A stretch of DNA of 64,000 bases from Flavobacterium sp. JAD_PAG50586_2 (GCA_023213215.1 CP096136.1:3322724-3386723); one strand, 5' to 3'. Positions 36,761 to 47,712 are shown, numbered from the stretch's first letter. Notes: generated by a model from the sequence alone, not told the origin. Program-made: numbers and translations.

Positions 36761-39700
36761 ATGAAATCAAAAATTACCTTCTTAGTTGTAGTGTTCTCCA
36801 CGCTTTTCGCACAGGCTCAATTGGAATTTGAGGAACAGGTGGTCATCGACGGTTCGCGCTATGTGCAATCGCCTAACGGTGTTACGTCGGCCGACTTTGA
36901 TGGCGATGGCGATAAGGACGTCCTGGCGTCATCCTATTTTGGTAACAAAGTAGTATGGCTCGAAAACCTCGACGGTACGGGTAATGACGTGGCACTTCAC
37001 CTTATTTCGTCGACCGTACAGGCGCCTTGGGGAGTTTATACAGCCGATTTGGATGGCGATGGCGATATGGATGCCTTGGCAGCCTCGTTTTCGAGTAGTA
37101 CGGTTACCTGGTATGAAAACACGGATGGCCAGGGTACCTTTGTGCAAAAACAGGCTATGTATGCCTTTCAGGCGCAACTGGTGATAGCCGCAGATATGGA
37201 TAATGACGGGGATAAGGATTTGATATGGGCTTCCAAATCGGATGGTACGATAAAGGGTTTCAAAAATACAGACGGATTGGGAAATTTCGGTGACTCTTTC
37301 AACGTTGAGAACAATGTATCCTCGGTGCAGTCGATCTATCCTGCCGATATAGATGGTGATGGGGATCAGGATATCCTGTCGTGTTACACGATAGATGGTG
37401 GTTCACAAGGTGTAACGTGGTACCGGAACAATGGAACAGGCAGCAATTACGGAAGCCGGATATTGATATCGAACGCAGTCAGCAATACCAATTCAGTATA
37501 TGCAGGCGATTTGGATGGTGATGGCGATATGGATGTAGCCTCAGCATCCGGAGTTGACGATAAGATAGCCTGGTACAAAAACCTGGACGGGTTGGGTACG
37601 TTCGGTACGCAACAGGTGCTGACACTGACAGCAGATGGTGCTCAGGTGGTACGCATAACCGACGTTGACGCAGATGGCGATAAGGATGTGGTTTTTGGAT
37701 CCAATACCGATAAAAAGATTGGCTGGTTCAATAACCTTGATGGCCAGGGGAATTTCAGCAGTGAAATCCTCATAGGGCAAAACACAGGAGACATACGCGA
37801 TATCTATTTTTCGGATATGGATGCCGATGGCGATTTGGATTTCCTTACGGCGGGTCTCGACATCAGGTTGTTTAACAATACCAATAACACAGGCAGTTTT
37901 ACTTCCAGTATCCTAACCAAAAGTATCGATGGCGGACGTGTCGTGTCTGTGGATGATTTGGATGGCGATGGAGATAAGGACATCGCGGTTGCTTCCTACT
38001 GGGACGACAAGATTTCATGGTATCGAAACCTCGATGGCCAGGGTAATTATTACAATACTCAAACCATTATATCTACTGACTTGAACGGCGCGACTTCGGT
38101 CCGGATTGGCGACGTGGATGGCGATGGGTTTAAGGATGTGCTGGCTACCGCTTATCTGGATAATACTGTGGTATGGTTTAGGAACACCGATGGCCTTGGT
38201 CATTTTGCAGCGCCACAATCCATTGACACAAACCTCAATTATGCTTCGAAGGTGTACCTGTCAGATATTGATAACGATGGCGATATGGATGTCTTCGCCA
38301 TAGGAACCACGCGGACGGTATGGTACGAGAACCTCGATGGAGTAGGTGGCTTTAGCGCCCAGCAGACTATAGATAACATAAACAACTTTGCCATGTTTGA
38401 TATGGACTTTGGTGATTTGGATGGCGATGGTGACCTGGATATTTCCGTAGCCGGAAATTACGGGATGTTACGCTATATTAACCTTGATGGCCAGGGTACT
38501 TTTGGCACCCGACAGATTTTGGAAAATAATACCTATAAAGCATTCTCTACCAAAATTGCCGACTTTGATGGCGACGGTGATAATGACCTTGTCTACATAG
38601 GCGATATTGGACAAACCTCTTCCAACTCGTATCTGGGTTGGTCTAAAAATCTAAATGGTTTAGGAAGCTTTGGCCCAATCCAGATTATCAGTACGCTTTT
38701 TTCCTATCCGAAAAGTGTAATCGTTGCCGACTTGGACAATGATGGTGATAAGGATATTGCTTCTGCTTCTGCAGGTACAGGCACTAACTCCCGCATAGCG
38801 TGGTATGAGAATACGGACGGATTGGGAGGTTTTGCCAACACCCAGCAGATTATCTCCCAAAGTTCTTACAGCCCTAATAACCTGGTTGCTTCAGATATTG
38901 ATGATAATGGTACGCTCGATATTGTAGCCGCTACAGAAGACGATAAGGTTTTGTGGTATAAAAATTCAGGCATCCTGCCTGCCAACAGCATCAGCGGAAC
39001 CGTGCGTTTTGATTTGCTGGGCGATGGCTGTACCGGGACCGATGCCCTACTAAGTGGCCTTATGATGGTTGCCGAAGGTACGAACACTACCGAAGCTACC
39101 TTCACGCAGGAAAACGGACAGTTTCAGCTTTATACCAGGGAAGAAGGCACTATTACCACAAGAATCGCATCGGAGGCAAGTTATTACGCTCCAAGCCCTG
39201 CCACTTTTGTGTCGAACTTCACAGGCCAGGGCAATACTGACGTAGTGGATTTTTGCGTACAGCCTATCGGCGAAATAAGGGATTTGGCGGTTAGCATTTA
39301 TCCTACCAGACAAGCCGTACCCGGATTCAATACTTATTATAATCTCGTTTATAGAAATGCAGGCCTTACACTTTTGAGCGGGTCCGTTACCTTTGCGTTT
39401 GATGATTCGAAACTGAATTTCCTAAATGCCAGTGAACCAATGTCTTCTCAAACCGCCAATACAATAACCTTTGATTTTACCGGCCTTCGTCCTTTCGAAT
39501 CCAGAATCATCAACCTGGCGTTTAATGTCTTCACACCACCTACCACCAACATTAACGATGTGTTGATTTCTACGGCTACCATAAATCCGGTTGCAGTCGA
39601 TTTCACTCCCGGGGACAATGTATTTGAATATCAACAAACTGTAATTGGCTCTTATGATCCTAATGATATCACCTGCCTCGAAGGCAGCCAGGTATTGATA

Positions 39701-40316
39701 GAAGATGCCGATCAGTACCTGCACTACCTTGTCCGCTTTCAGAACCACGGGTACGGCAGAAGCCATCAACGTACGTGTCGACAATATATTGGATGACAAT
39801 CAGGACTGGACCACTATGCAATTGGAAAGCCTGAGCCATCCGGGCCGTGTTACCATCCATAATGGAAGTGAGGTGAGCTTTATCTTTAACGACATCAATT
39901 TACCCGACAGCACCCATGATGAACCAAACTCCCATGGCTATATTGCTTATAAGATCAAGCCAAGGAATAATGTGGTGGTAGGGAATGTCGTAAATGCAAC
40001 GGCATCTATCTTTTTTGATTTCAATCCGCCTGTTATTACCAATACGGCAGCAACAACATTTGTTGAAACTTTGTCTGTGGATGATTTTGAGTCGGATAAG
40101 GTGTCTGTTTATCCTAATCCTACGAACGGGATTTTGAATATAGTTTCCAATGTTTCCATTGCAACCATTGAAATTTATAATCAGTTGGGGCAATTAGTAC
40201 TTTCAGCTAAAGGAGCTTCGGCAGTGGATGTTTCTTCCCTGAGCCAGGGTATTTACCTTTTGACTTTAAAAGAGGTGTCAGGTGCCATATTTACAAAGAG
40301 GATTATTAAGAAATAG
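36761..40316 (+). CDS. Large T9SS cargo: FG-GAP/VCBS repeat propellers + DUF7619-like Ig domain + type A sorting domain; +1 frameshift at ~39745
   Basis: More than 12 DxDGDGDxD repeats; SYDPNDI, RFQN(T)GTA, IFFDFNPPVITN; VYPNPT...LSQGIYLL...RIIKK. Removing one C (aaccacg to aacacg) joins the ORFs. Confidence 0.88.
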
Positions 40317-40472
40317 GCACAACTTTGCTTTAACGATACGGTAATTATTCCCTAGAAGGTGGGAAAGGCAATGGCGCAGAGATAGTTTCTTCATTAACCT
40401 GGGAAGTGGTAATGAGTTGTTTCCGAAGGTAATTATCATTACTTTTATCGTAATTAACACTACACCATTGTT

Positions 40473-41390
40473 ATGCTCGACCTAGTAATCCAATCCCGCA
40501 GCGCTGCAATCAGTGAGTCTATGAAGGTTAAACGCATTCTGCCGTTCCGCACCCACCGAATGGTTGGGCCTTTTATTTTTATGGACCATGCCGGGCCGGT
40601 TTTGAATGTGCCACCGATAGTTTCCACCTTAGATGTTTTGCCGCATCCGCATATCGGATTGTCGACGGTAAGCTATCTTTTTGGCGGACAGGTAACGCAT
40701 CGCGACAGCCTGGGAGTCGAGCAGATCATACGTCCGGGCGAAGTCAACTGGATGACGGCGGGAAGCGGTATCTCACATTCTGAACGCTTTGAAGACCCTT
40801 CGGTGCTGGCAGGAGGGAAGCTCGAAATGATCCAAACCTGGGTTGCATTACCCGAAAAGGATGAGGAGTCAGCACCAAGCTTCAACAACTACAAACCCGA
40901 ACAACTCCCAATATACACCGACACTGGCGTATGGATGAGGCTGATAGCCGGAAACGCTTACGGACTTAAAAACGATGTAAAGACTAACTCACCCTTGTTT
41001 TACCTGCATGTAACATTAAACGAAGGAGCAATGTTCGGGCTTCCAAAGGAACATTCCGAACGCGCCTTTTATATCGTAAAAGGTAGTGTGGAAGTTTCAG
41101 GTACCCTTTACACAGAAGGGCTTATGTTGGTTTTCTCCAAAGGAGTGGACCCAATGATTATTGCCAAAGAGGCTACTGTTTTAATGATGCTCGGAGGAGA
41201 ACCTTTAGGCGACCGTTACATCTGGTGGAATTTTGTTTCCTCGCGCAAGGAACGCATCGAACAGGCCAAAGAGGACTGGAAACAGGGACGCATTATATTA
41301 CCACCTAACGACAACGAGGAATTCATACCGCTACCGGATGATAGTTCTAAGCCGGCTGGTGGACCGCCGAAACCAGAACCAATGTCTTAA
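40473..41390 (+). CDS. Pirin family protein
   Basis: GPFIFMDH, PHPHIGLSTVSYLFGG, HRDSLG, WMTAGSGISHSE, QTWVALP, WWNFVSS. Confidence 0.95.
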   Translation: MLDLVIQSRSAAISESMKVKRILPFRTHRMVGPFIFMDHAGPVLNVPPIVSTLDVLPHPHIGLSTVSYLFGGQVTHRDSLGVEQIIRPGEVNWMTAGSGISHSERFEDPSVLAGGKLEMIQTWVALPEKDEESAPSFNNYKPEQLPIYTDTGVWMRLIAGNAYGLKNDVKTNSPLFYLHVTLNEGAMFGLPKEHSERAFYIVKGSVEVSGTLYTEGLMLVFSKGVDPMIIAKEATVLMMLGGEPLGDRYIWWNFVSSRKERIEQAKEDWKQGRIILPPNDNEEFIPLPDDSSKPAGGPPKPEPMS

Positions 41391-41462
41391 AAAATGAAGG
41401 AAAAAGGAAAAGTAGGAAGGATGTTATAATGTTTTTTTCCTATTTTCTTTTTCACAAATCCG

Positions 41463-41470
41463 TAACTTTG
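41463..41470 (+). promoter_or_regulatory. Canonical -7 promoter element of the Crp/Fnr gene
   Basis: TAACTTTG, 16 bp upstream of ATG 41487. Confidence 0.6.
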
Positions 41471-41486
41471 TCTAAACGCACTTTGT

Positions 41487-42062
41487 ATGGAAGCCAAAGA
41501 AATTCTGCAACAGCATATCGCTAAGACCGTCAATCTGACTGGCGATCAATTTACCTATTTCTTTTCCTTTTTTAAACCCATGTCCTTTAAGAAAGGGCAG
41601 ACGATCATTGGTGAAGGCGATAAAGTGGATTGCGAATACTTTGTACTTTCGGGCTGCCTGAAGGCTTTTTTTATCAACGATGAAATCAAGATGTATATCC
41701 TGCAGTTCGCTATGCCGACATGGTGGACTTCTGATTATGCCGCCTTGTATAACGATACCCGTGCCACTATTAATGTGGACTGTATTACCGATGCCGAGGT
41801 GCTTTGTATTTCGAATGCCGATCGGGAGAAATTGTGCAGTGAACTCCACGAAGCAGAATACTTCTTCCGCTGGCGGACGAACAGAGGTTATATTGCTTCA
41901 CAGAAAAGGCTACTGTCCTTTATGAATAACGATACCAAAAAAAGGTATGAAGAATTATTGGCGCTGTATCCTCAATTGTACAACCTGGTACCCAAACACC
42001 TGATTGCCGCCTATCTTGGGGTATCCCGTGAAACCCTAAGCAGGCTTTACGCCACACACTAA
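41487..42062 (+). CDS. Crp/Fnr family transcriptional regulator (Bacteroidota type)
   Basis: cNMP-binding-like FVLSGCLKAF; C-terminal HTH IAAYLGVSRETLSR. Confidence 0.93.
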   Translation: MEAKEILQQHIAKTVNLTGDQFTYFFSFFKPMSFKKGQTIIGEGDKVDCEYFVLSGCLKAFFINDEIKMYILQFAMPTWWTSDYAALYNDTRATINVDCITDAEVLCISNADREKLCSELHEAEYFFRWRTNRGYIASQKRLLSFMNNDTKKRYEELLALYPQLYNLVPKHLIAAYLGVSRETLSRLYATH

Positions 42063-42090
42063 ACGCCACTTTTAAGGCTGAAACGCAGTA

Positions 42091-42106
42091 TGTGACCTAC
42101 ATCACG
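42091..42106 (+). promoter_or_regulatory. CRP/FNR-type box 1 (before yceI operon)
   Basis: TGTGA-cctaca-TCACG; TTTG of the -7 element ends 30 bp downstream. Confidence 0.75.
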
Positions 42107-42162
42107 TAACCACCTTTGGTTTCTGTTATTCCTTTGTACCATAATTTTAAAACAACAAAAAA

Positions 42163-42698
42163 ATGGAAACAAAAGAATTTATAATCGACAGTGCAAAAAG
42201 CCGTATCGATTGGATTGGAAAAAAAGTTACCGGAGCACACAACGGCACTATTGACATAAAGGAAGGATCATTCCTGATCAATGAAGGTAAGCCAATGGGC
42301 GGAAAAGTCATTATCGCAATGTCGAGCATCAACATCTTAGATGTAACCGACCCGGCTACAAACACACAATTTGCAGGGCATCTTGCCTCTGATGACTTTT
42401 TTCTATAGAGAAGTTCCCAACAGCTTCTTTTGAGATTTTGAATGTACAGCTAACATCAGGAAATCAGTATCATTTTGACGGCAACCTTACGATTAAAGGA
42501 ATCTCTCACGCTGCTGCCTTTGACGCAACGGTAGAAAACAACGGATCGAAGTTGACCCTTACAGGAAAACTTATTGTTGACCGTACCAAATATGGTATCA
42601 GATTCCGTTCAGGGAATTTCTTCAAAGATTTAGGCGATACCCTAATCTATAATGATTTTGAGCTGGATATCAACGTAACTGCTAACCTTAGAAACTAA
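42163..42698 (+). CDS. YceI family protein, frameshift in the T-run at ~42400
   Basis: SRIDWIGKKVTGAHNGTI, GHLASDDFF(S)IEKFPTA, GNLTIKGI, VDRTKYGIRF.SG.FF. Confidence 0.88.
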
Positions 42699-42702
42699 AG
42701 CC

Positions 42703-42921
42703 ATGCCATTCGTAAAAATTGAACTGACCCGTGAGGGCGTTACCAGAGAACAGAAACAGCAGTTAATCAAAGGCGTTACCAATCTAATCACCGACGTTTT
42801 GAATAAAGACCCACACCTGACCCATATAGCCATACAGGAAATTGACACCGATAATTGGGGGTATGCAGGAGAACAGATATCGGTTTTAAGGGAACAGGGA
42901 ATAACCGCAGATAAAAAATAA
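42703..42921 (+). CDS. 4-oxalocrotonate tautomerase family protein
   Basis: N-terminal Pro (MPFVKI), 72 aa, IQEIDTDNWGYAG. Confidence 0.9.
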   Translation: MPFVKIELTREGVTREQKQQLIKGVTNLITDVLNKDPHLTHIAIQEIDTDNWGYAGEQISVLREQGITADKK

Positions 42922-42926
42922 GCATC

Positions 42927-43661
42927 ATGAAGAAGCAAACTATAATTGTAACAGGTTCCTCTTCGGGCATTGGCAAAGGTATCGCTAAATACTTCCTGGA
43001 CAGAGGTGATAATGTCGTAATCAATTCGGCTACTGAATCGAAATTAGAGGAGGTCTATCAGGAGTTCGGGGCAGGCGACAACCTTGCTTTTGTAGCCGGA
43101 GACATCAGTAAAAAGGAAACAGGGGCAGCATTGGTTACCAAAGCCATTGAAAGATTCGGTTCTGCTGATGTGCTCATTAATAATGCCGGCATCTTTGACA
43201 GCAAACCGTTTTTGGAAGTAGATGAAGCCTATCTGGATAAATTCCTGACTACGAACCTGAAAGGAACCTATTTTACTACGCAGGCCGCCATTTCGCAAAT
43301 GCTGAAACAGCAGGATGGTGTCGTCATTAACATAGGTACTCCTTTGGTAAACCATGGGTTGGGAGGCTGGCCGGCATCTGCTCCGGTATCGAGTAAGGGA
43401 GCCATCCATGCCTTAACCATTCAGCTCGCTGCCGAATTCGGAAAGCAGAACATACGCGTCAATACCGTAGCACCAGGTGTTATCCGCACGCCAATGCACG
43501 GAGATAAAGCCGATCTGAATGCTGGTCTTCACCTGTTAAACAGGGTAGGAGATATCGAAGATGTTGCCGAGATAGTGTATGCTGTTGCGAAAAGCAATTT
43601 CATTACCGGTTCGATTATCAATGTAGACGGAGGTAAAGGAGCAGGGCATAACTTAAATTAA
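42927..43661 (+). CDS. Short-chain dehydrogenase/reductase
   Basis: VTGSSSGIG, LINNAG, SKGA (Tyr of YxxxK replaced), RVNTVAPG, VDGG. Confidence 0.92.
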   Translation: MKKQTIIVTGSSSGIGKGIAKYFLDRGDNVVINSATESKLEEVYQEFGAGDNLAFVAGDISKKETGAALVTKAIERFGSADVLINNAGIFDSKPFLEVDEAYLDKFLTTNLKGTYFTTQAAISQMLKQQDGVVINIGTPLVNHGLGGWPASAPVSSKGAIHALTIQLAAEFGKQNIRVNTVAPGVIRTPMHGDKADLNAGLHLLNRVGDIEDVAEIVYAVAKSNFITGSIINVDGGKGAGHNLN

Positions 43662-43700
43662 TTCGAATAAAACCGCCCTTAGGGCATAAATTTAAATAAA

Positions 43701-44458
43701 ATGAAAAATATAATTAAATCAGTAATCGTTGTCTTATTGACAACCTCAGGCCTTACGGCTTATGCACAGCAAACACAAAAAACAAAAGTACTTTTTGTCT
43801 TAACGTCACACGACAAATTAGGCGACACCGGAGAAGCAACCGGTTCGTGGATTGAAGAATTTGCCACACCTTATTATTTCTTTCTGGATAAGGGGATTGA
43901 AGTGGTAATTGCGACGCCAAAAGGGGGACAGGCTCCAATTGATCCAAAAAGCAATGATCCATCCTTTCAGACTGCTGCTACCAAAAGGTTTTATGCCGAT
44001 AAAATGGCTCAGAAAGCATTGAGCAGTACAGTGAAAATCACGGCTGTTAATCAAAAAGATTTCAAGGCAGTATTCTATCCGGGTGGGCATGGCCCAATGT
44101 GGGATTTGGCGACCGATAAGAATTCGATGAAACTTATAATGGAGTTTTACAATAACAGCAAGCCAATAGCTTTTGTATGTCACGCTCCGGCTGCTTTGAC
44201 AAATGTTACCGATAAAAACGGAAAGTACCTAATTGACGGGAAAAAGTAACAGGCTTCACCAACACTGAAGAAGCCGCTGTAGGATTAACCAAAGTTGTAC
44301 CTTTTTTATTGGAAGACAAATTAAGGGAACATGGCGGAAAATTTTCTCAAGGTTCAGATTGGAGTTCTTATGTAGTGGAAGATGGCTTACTGTTAACAGG
44401 CCAAAATCCACAATCTTCAGAAGAAGTAGCTGCTAAACTATTGGCTAAAATAAAATAA
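43701..44458 (+). CDS. DJ-1/PfpI (Hsp31-like type 1 glutamine amidotransferase-like) protein, frameshift at ~44245
   Basis: VLTSHD.LG, FYPGGHGPMWDL, FVCHAP; restored tail VTGFTNTEE...TGQNPQS. Confidence 0.9.
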
Positions 44459-44480
44459 TTCAAGCCTAATGGTATTAAAT

Positions 44481-44523
44481 GATTTGGTATAGTTTGAAAA
44501 GAGAATTATACCAAATCTTTTTT
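44481..44523 (+). terminator. Terminator after the yceI-tautomerase-SDR-DJ-1 operon
   Basis: gatttggtata/tataccaaatc 11-bp perfect stem plus T-run. Confidence 0.7.
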
Positions 44524-44544
44524 AAATAATTTAACACATTCATT

Positions 44545-45036
44545 ATGAAATCGAATACATTTCTTAATAGCTTTTTGGCCCTATTCCTCATTTTTATTTC
44601 GACACAAGTGATTTCAGCACAGGGACTAAGCCCCAAAGCTTTTAATTTTATAAATCCGGAAAATATAGTCTGGAATTCCTTTCCTGCCTTTCCTGAAAAA
44701 GTAAAACTGGCTATTTTAGTTGGGAATCCTTCTAAACCAGAGCCATTTATAGTTCGGGTAAAAGTGCCAGACGGTGAAAAAATAATGGCTCATACACATC
44801 CCGAAGATAGAATATATACCGTAATCTCTGGTGTATTTTATATAGGCATGGGAGATACATTTGATGAAGCAAAATTAAAAGCTTATCCACCGGGATCTGT
44901 AATAATATTGCCGGGTAACACACCGCATTTCCATCTTGCCAAATCAGGGGAATACGTCACTCAGGTATATGCTATTGGACCTCTTGGTTTAGATTATCTC
45001 GATAAGCAATTTGATCCTAGGTCTAAATCTAAATAA
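44545..45036 (+). CDS. Secreted cupin domain protein
   Basis: Signal peptide; AHTHPEDRIYTVISG...PGNTPHFH. Confidence 0.85.
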   Translation: MKSNTFLNSFLALFLIFISTQVISAQGLSPKAFNFINPENIVWNSFPAFPEKVKLAILVGNPSKPEPFIVRVKVPDGEKIMAHTHPEDRIYTVISGVFYIGMGDTFDEAKLKAYPPGSVIILPGNTPHFHLAKSGEYVTQVYAIGPLGLDYLDKQFDPRSKSK

Positions 45037-45068
45037 CGGAAAACTGAATTTGCGTTACCCACTGTATA

Positions 45069-45084
45069 TGTGATGTACATCACA
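45069..45084 (+). promoter_or_regulatory. CRP/FNR-type box 2 (perfect palindrome)
   Basis: TGTGA-tgtaca-TCACA; TTTG ends 30 bp downstream. Confidence 0.8.
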
Positions 45085-45138
45085 CAGCTTTCCCGTCATT
45101 TTTCTTGAAATTTGTAGTGTAATCTTAAATCAGATCAA

Positions 45139-45620
45139 TTGAAACTACAGCAATTAAAACAGTTAGTACCAAAACTAATTTTAGTAATTGTTTTCATATT
45201 CTGTTCTATACAGGGCATGAAAGCACAAAATAGTAAGACCATGAAAAATCAAATTTCAGACTCGCAAGCCATTACAAACGTATTGGAAAACAATTATTTT
45301 AACGGAATCTATCAAGGTGATATCGCTTTGCTTGGCAATGCATTCCATCATGATGCCTTATTGTTTGGCGACATTAAGGAACTCCCTATGCCAAAACCCT
45401 GGAGCAATATCTCGAAGGGGTAAAAAACAGGCAAAATCCTAAGGATTCGGGCAGGCCATTTAAGGGAGAAATTTTATCTTTACATATCGTAAACTCCATT
45501 GCAATAGCAGAAGCCAAAGTGACCATGTATGACTTTATTTACCATGATATGCTGTCATTTCACAAAATCAACGGAAACTGGATTATTGTCAATAAAATGC
45601 TTACCGATACCAACCAATAA
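45139..45620 (+). CDS. NTF2/SnoaL-like (putative lumazine-binding) protein, frameshift at ~45378; start uncertain (45139/45217/45241)
   Basis: YFNGIYQGD..LL.NAFH.DA; restored tail IAIAEAKV...YHDMLSFHKINGNWIIVNK. Confidence 0.8.
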
Positions 45621-45630
45621 ATAAAAAGTT

Positions 45631-46710
45631 ATGTGGTACCAGACAAAAGCAACAGAATTGTTAGGGATTCAATATCCCATTATGCAGGGGCCTTTTGGAG
45701 GTAATCTATCCTCTATAGCATTAACCTCAACTGTATCCAATGCGGGTGGCCTTGGCGGATATGGTGCCTACACCTTAAGCCCGCAGGAAATAGTTGAAGT
45801 TGACCGACAGCTAAAGGCTGCGACTAACAAACCATATAATATCAATCTTTGGGTATCGGATACTGACGTCCCCAACGAGGGTTTGACAGACTCCCGATTT
45901 GAGGAAGTAAGGAAAACATTCCAGCCTTATTTTGATGAGCTTGGCATTCCGTTTCCGGAAAAGCCCGCACCATTTCAAACCCGATTTGAAAATCAGGTGC
46001 AAGTCATTCTTGACCTTAAGCCAAAAGTATTTAGCTTTATGTTTGGTGTTCCTTCTGTAGGCATATTAGAAGAATGCCGTAAACGGGGCATAGTAACAAT
46101 TGGAGCAGCCACTACTTTGGATGAGGCTCTTTTCCTGGAAGCTGCCGGGGTAGACATGATTATTGCGTCGGGTTTTGAGGCAGGAGGGCACCGGCCTTCT
46201 TTCCTGGCTTCGGCAGAATTGTCCATAACCGGATCCTTTGTATTGTTGCAATTGATAAGGGAAAAAGTAAAGGTACCGGTAATTGCGGCTGGAGGCATCG
46301 CTAACGGAAAAGGAGTTGCCGCAGCTTTAGCATTGGGTGCCAGTGCTGCTCAGGTGGGAACTGCATTTCTGGCTACCGATGAGTCGAATGCCCTGCCTAT
46401 ACACCGTCAGATGTTATTCTCCGATGCCGCAAAATACACTACGCTTTCGCGTGCCTATACCGGTCGTTTAGGACGTGGCATTTCCAGCAGGATTGCCAAA
46501 GAGATGATAGGAAAGGAACAACAGATCCTTCCTTTCCCGTTGCAGACCACCATAATGTCTTCCCTTCGGACAGCTGCCCTGGAGCAGGAAAAATGGGATA
46601 TGATATTGTTTTGGGGTGGACAGATTTCTCCACTACTCAAACATACCAAAGCCGCAACACTTATGGCTTCGCTGATTGAAGAAACCACAGATTATTTTAA
46701 TCAGCTGTAA
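45631..46710 (+). CDS. Nitronate monooxygenase family flavoprotein
   Basis: YPIMQGPFGG, GFEAGGH, VIAAGGI, AQVGTAFL.T.ES, WGGQ. Confidence 0.92.
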   Translation: MWYQTKATELLGIQYPIMQGPFGGNLSSIALTSTVSNAGGLGGYGAYTLSPQEIVEVDRQLKAATNKPYNINLWVSDTDVPNEGLTDSRFEEVRKTFQPYFDELGIPFPEKPAPFQTRFENQVQVILDLKPKVFSFMFGVPSVGILEECRKRGIVTIGAATTLDEALFLEAAGVDMIIASGFEAGGHRPSFLASAELSITGSFVLLQLIREKVKVPVIAAGGIANGKGVAAALALGASAAQVGTAFLATDESNALPIHRQMLFSDAAKYTTLSRAYTGRLGRGISSRIAKEMIGKEQQILPFPLQTTIMSSLRTAALEQEKWDMILFWGGQISPLLKHTKAATLMASLIEETTDYFNQL

Positions 46711-46725
46711 TACTGAGAGTGGGAA

Positions 46726-46741
46726 TGTGACTTACATCACG
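46726..46741 (+). promoter_or_regulatory. CRP/FNR-type box 3 (before ohr)
   Basis: TGTGA-cttaca-TCACG; TTTG ends 30 bp downstream. Confidence 0.75.
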
Positions 46742-46796
46742 TACCCGGATTCTGCTTCTTTCGGACCTTTGTAGTGTAATTTAAATACAATACAAA

Positions 46797-47216
46797 ATGG
46801 AAACAAAGATTGAAAAAGTACTCTATACCGGAGTAACACACACCACCGGAGGCAGAACCGGTAAATCAAAAAGTTCAGATGGTGAATTAGACATTGTTCT
46901 TTCTTCTCCCGGAACCAAACGAGCAGGTACTAACCCTGAGCAATTGTTTGCAGCCGGTTGGTCAGCCTGTTTTATAGGTGCCATGGAGATTGCAGCAAAA
47001 AATTTAAAGGTAGCCTTTCCTTCCGATCATTATGTAAATACTGAGGTTGATTTGGTACTAAGTGACGAAGGCTATACACTTCAGGCCCGTTTACATATCA
47101 ACTTACCGGGAGTGGATAAAAGCATTGCTAAAAGCATCATCGGGATTGCAGAAGAAACGTGTCCGTATTCAAAAGCTACGCAGGGTAACATAAAAGCTGA
47201 GTATATCCTTATCTAA
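46797..47216 (+). CDS. ohr: Organic hydroperoxide resistance protein
   Basis: GGRTG, GTNPEQLFAAGWSACF, TCPYSKA. Confidence 0.93.
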   Translation: METKIEKVLYTGVTHTTGGRTGKSKSSDGELDIVLSSPGTKRAGTNPEQLFAAGWSACFIGAMEIAAKNLKVAFPSDHYVNTEVDLVLSDEGYTLQARLHINLPGVDKSIAKSIIGIAEETCPYSKATQGNIKAEYILI

Positions 47217-47262
47217 AAACGTGTATAGTTTACCTCTAAAGTTTATTCTAAAGAAGGAAAAT

Positions 47263-47712
47263 ATGAAAAGTAATTTAATTTATCTCGTTATGGCACTCAT
47301 TACGGGAGCACTGATTCCGGTTCAGGCTTCCACCAATGCAGCATTTACTAAAAGTGTAGGCAATCCTTTCATTACTGGCTTGATGGTCTTTGTTGTGGGT
47401 TTTCTGGGTATGGTGGTGTTTGTACTAATTTCAGGGACCTCCATGCCAACTACCGAACAGGTGATTGCGGCACCGCTTTACAGTTACCTCGGTGGCATCA
47501 TTGTGGTTAGTTATGTTATAATCATTTCGATTCTGGTTCCCCGAATTGGAGTCGGGAATTCCATAGCCTTTATAGTAACCGGACAGGTTCTTTTTGCCAC
47601 AATTATAGATCATTTTGGACTTTTTGGTGTAAACGCCCGCTCTATCGACCTTACACGTATTATTGGGTTGATCTTATTAATTGGAGGGGTATATCTTGTA
47701 ATGAAAAAATAA
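47263..47712 (+). CDS. DMT family transporter (YdcZ-like)
   Basis: GALIPVQASTN, YLGG, PRIG, GQ...IIDHFGLFG. Confidence 0.88.
   Translation: MKSNLIYLVMALITGALIPVQASTNAAFTKSVGNPFITGLMVFVVGFLGMVVFVLISGTSMPTTEQVIAAPLYSYLGGIIVVSYVIIISILVPRIGVGNSIAFIVTGQVLFATIIDHFGLFGVNARSIDLTRIIGLILLIGGVYLVMKK

Noticed and set aside
37000-38950. DNA-level tandem repeats or a diversity-generating cassette in the FG-GAP gene
   Set aside because: The recurrence (gatttggatggcgatgg) reflects the protein repeat DLDGDGD; there is no reverse transcriptase and no adenine-specific TR/VR pair.
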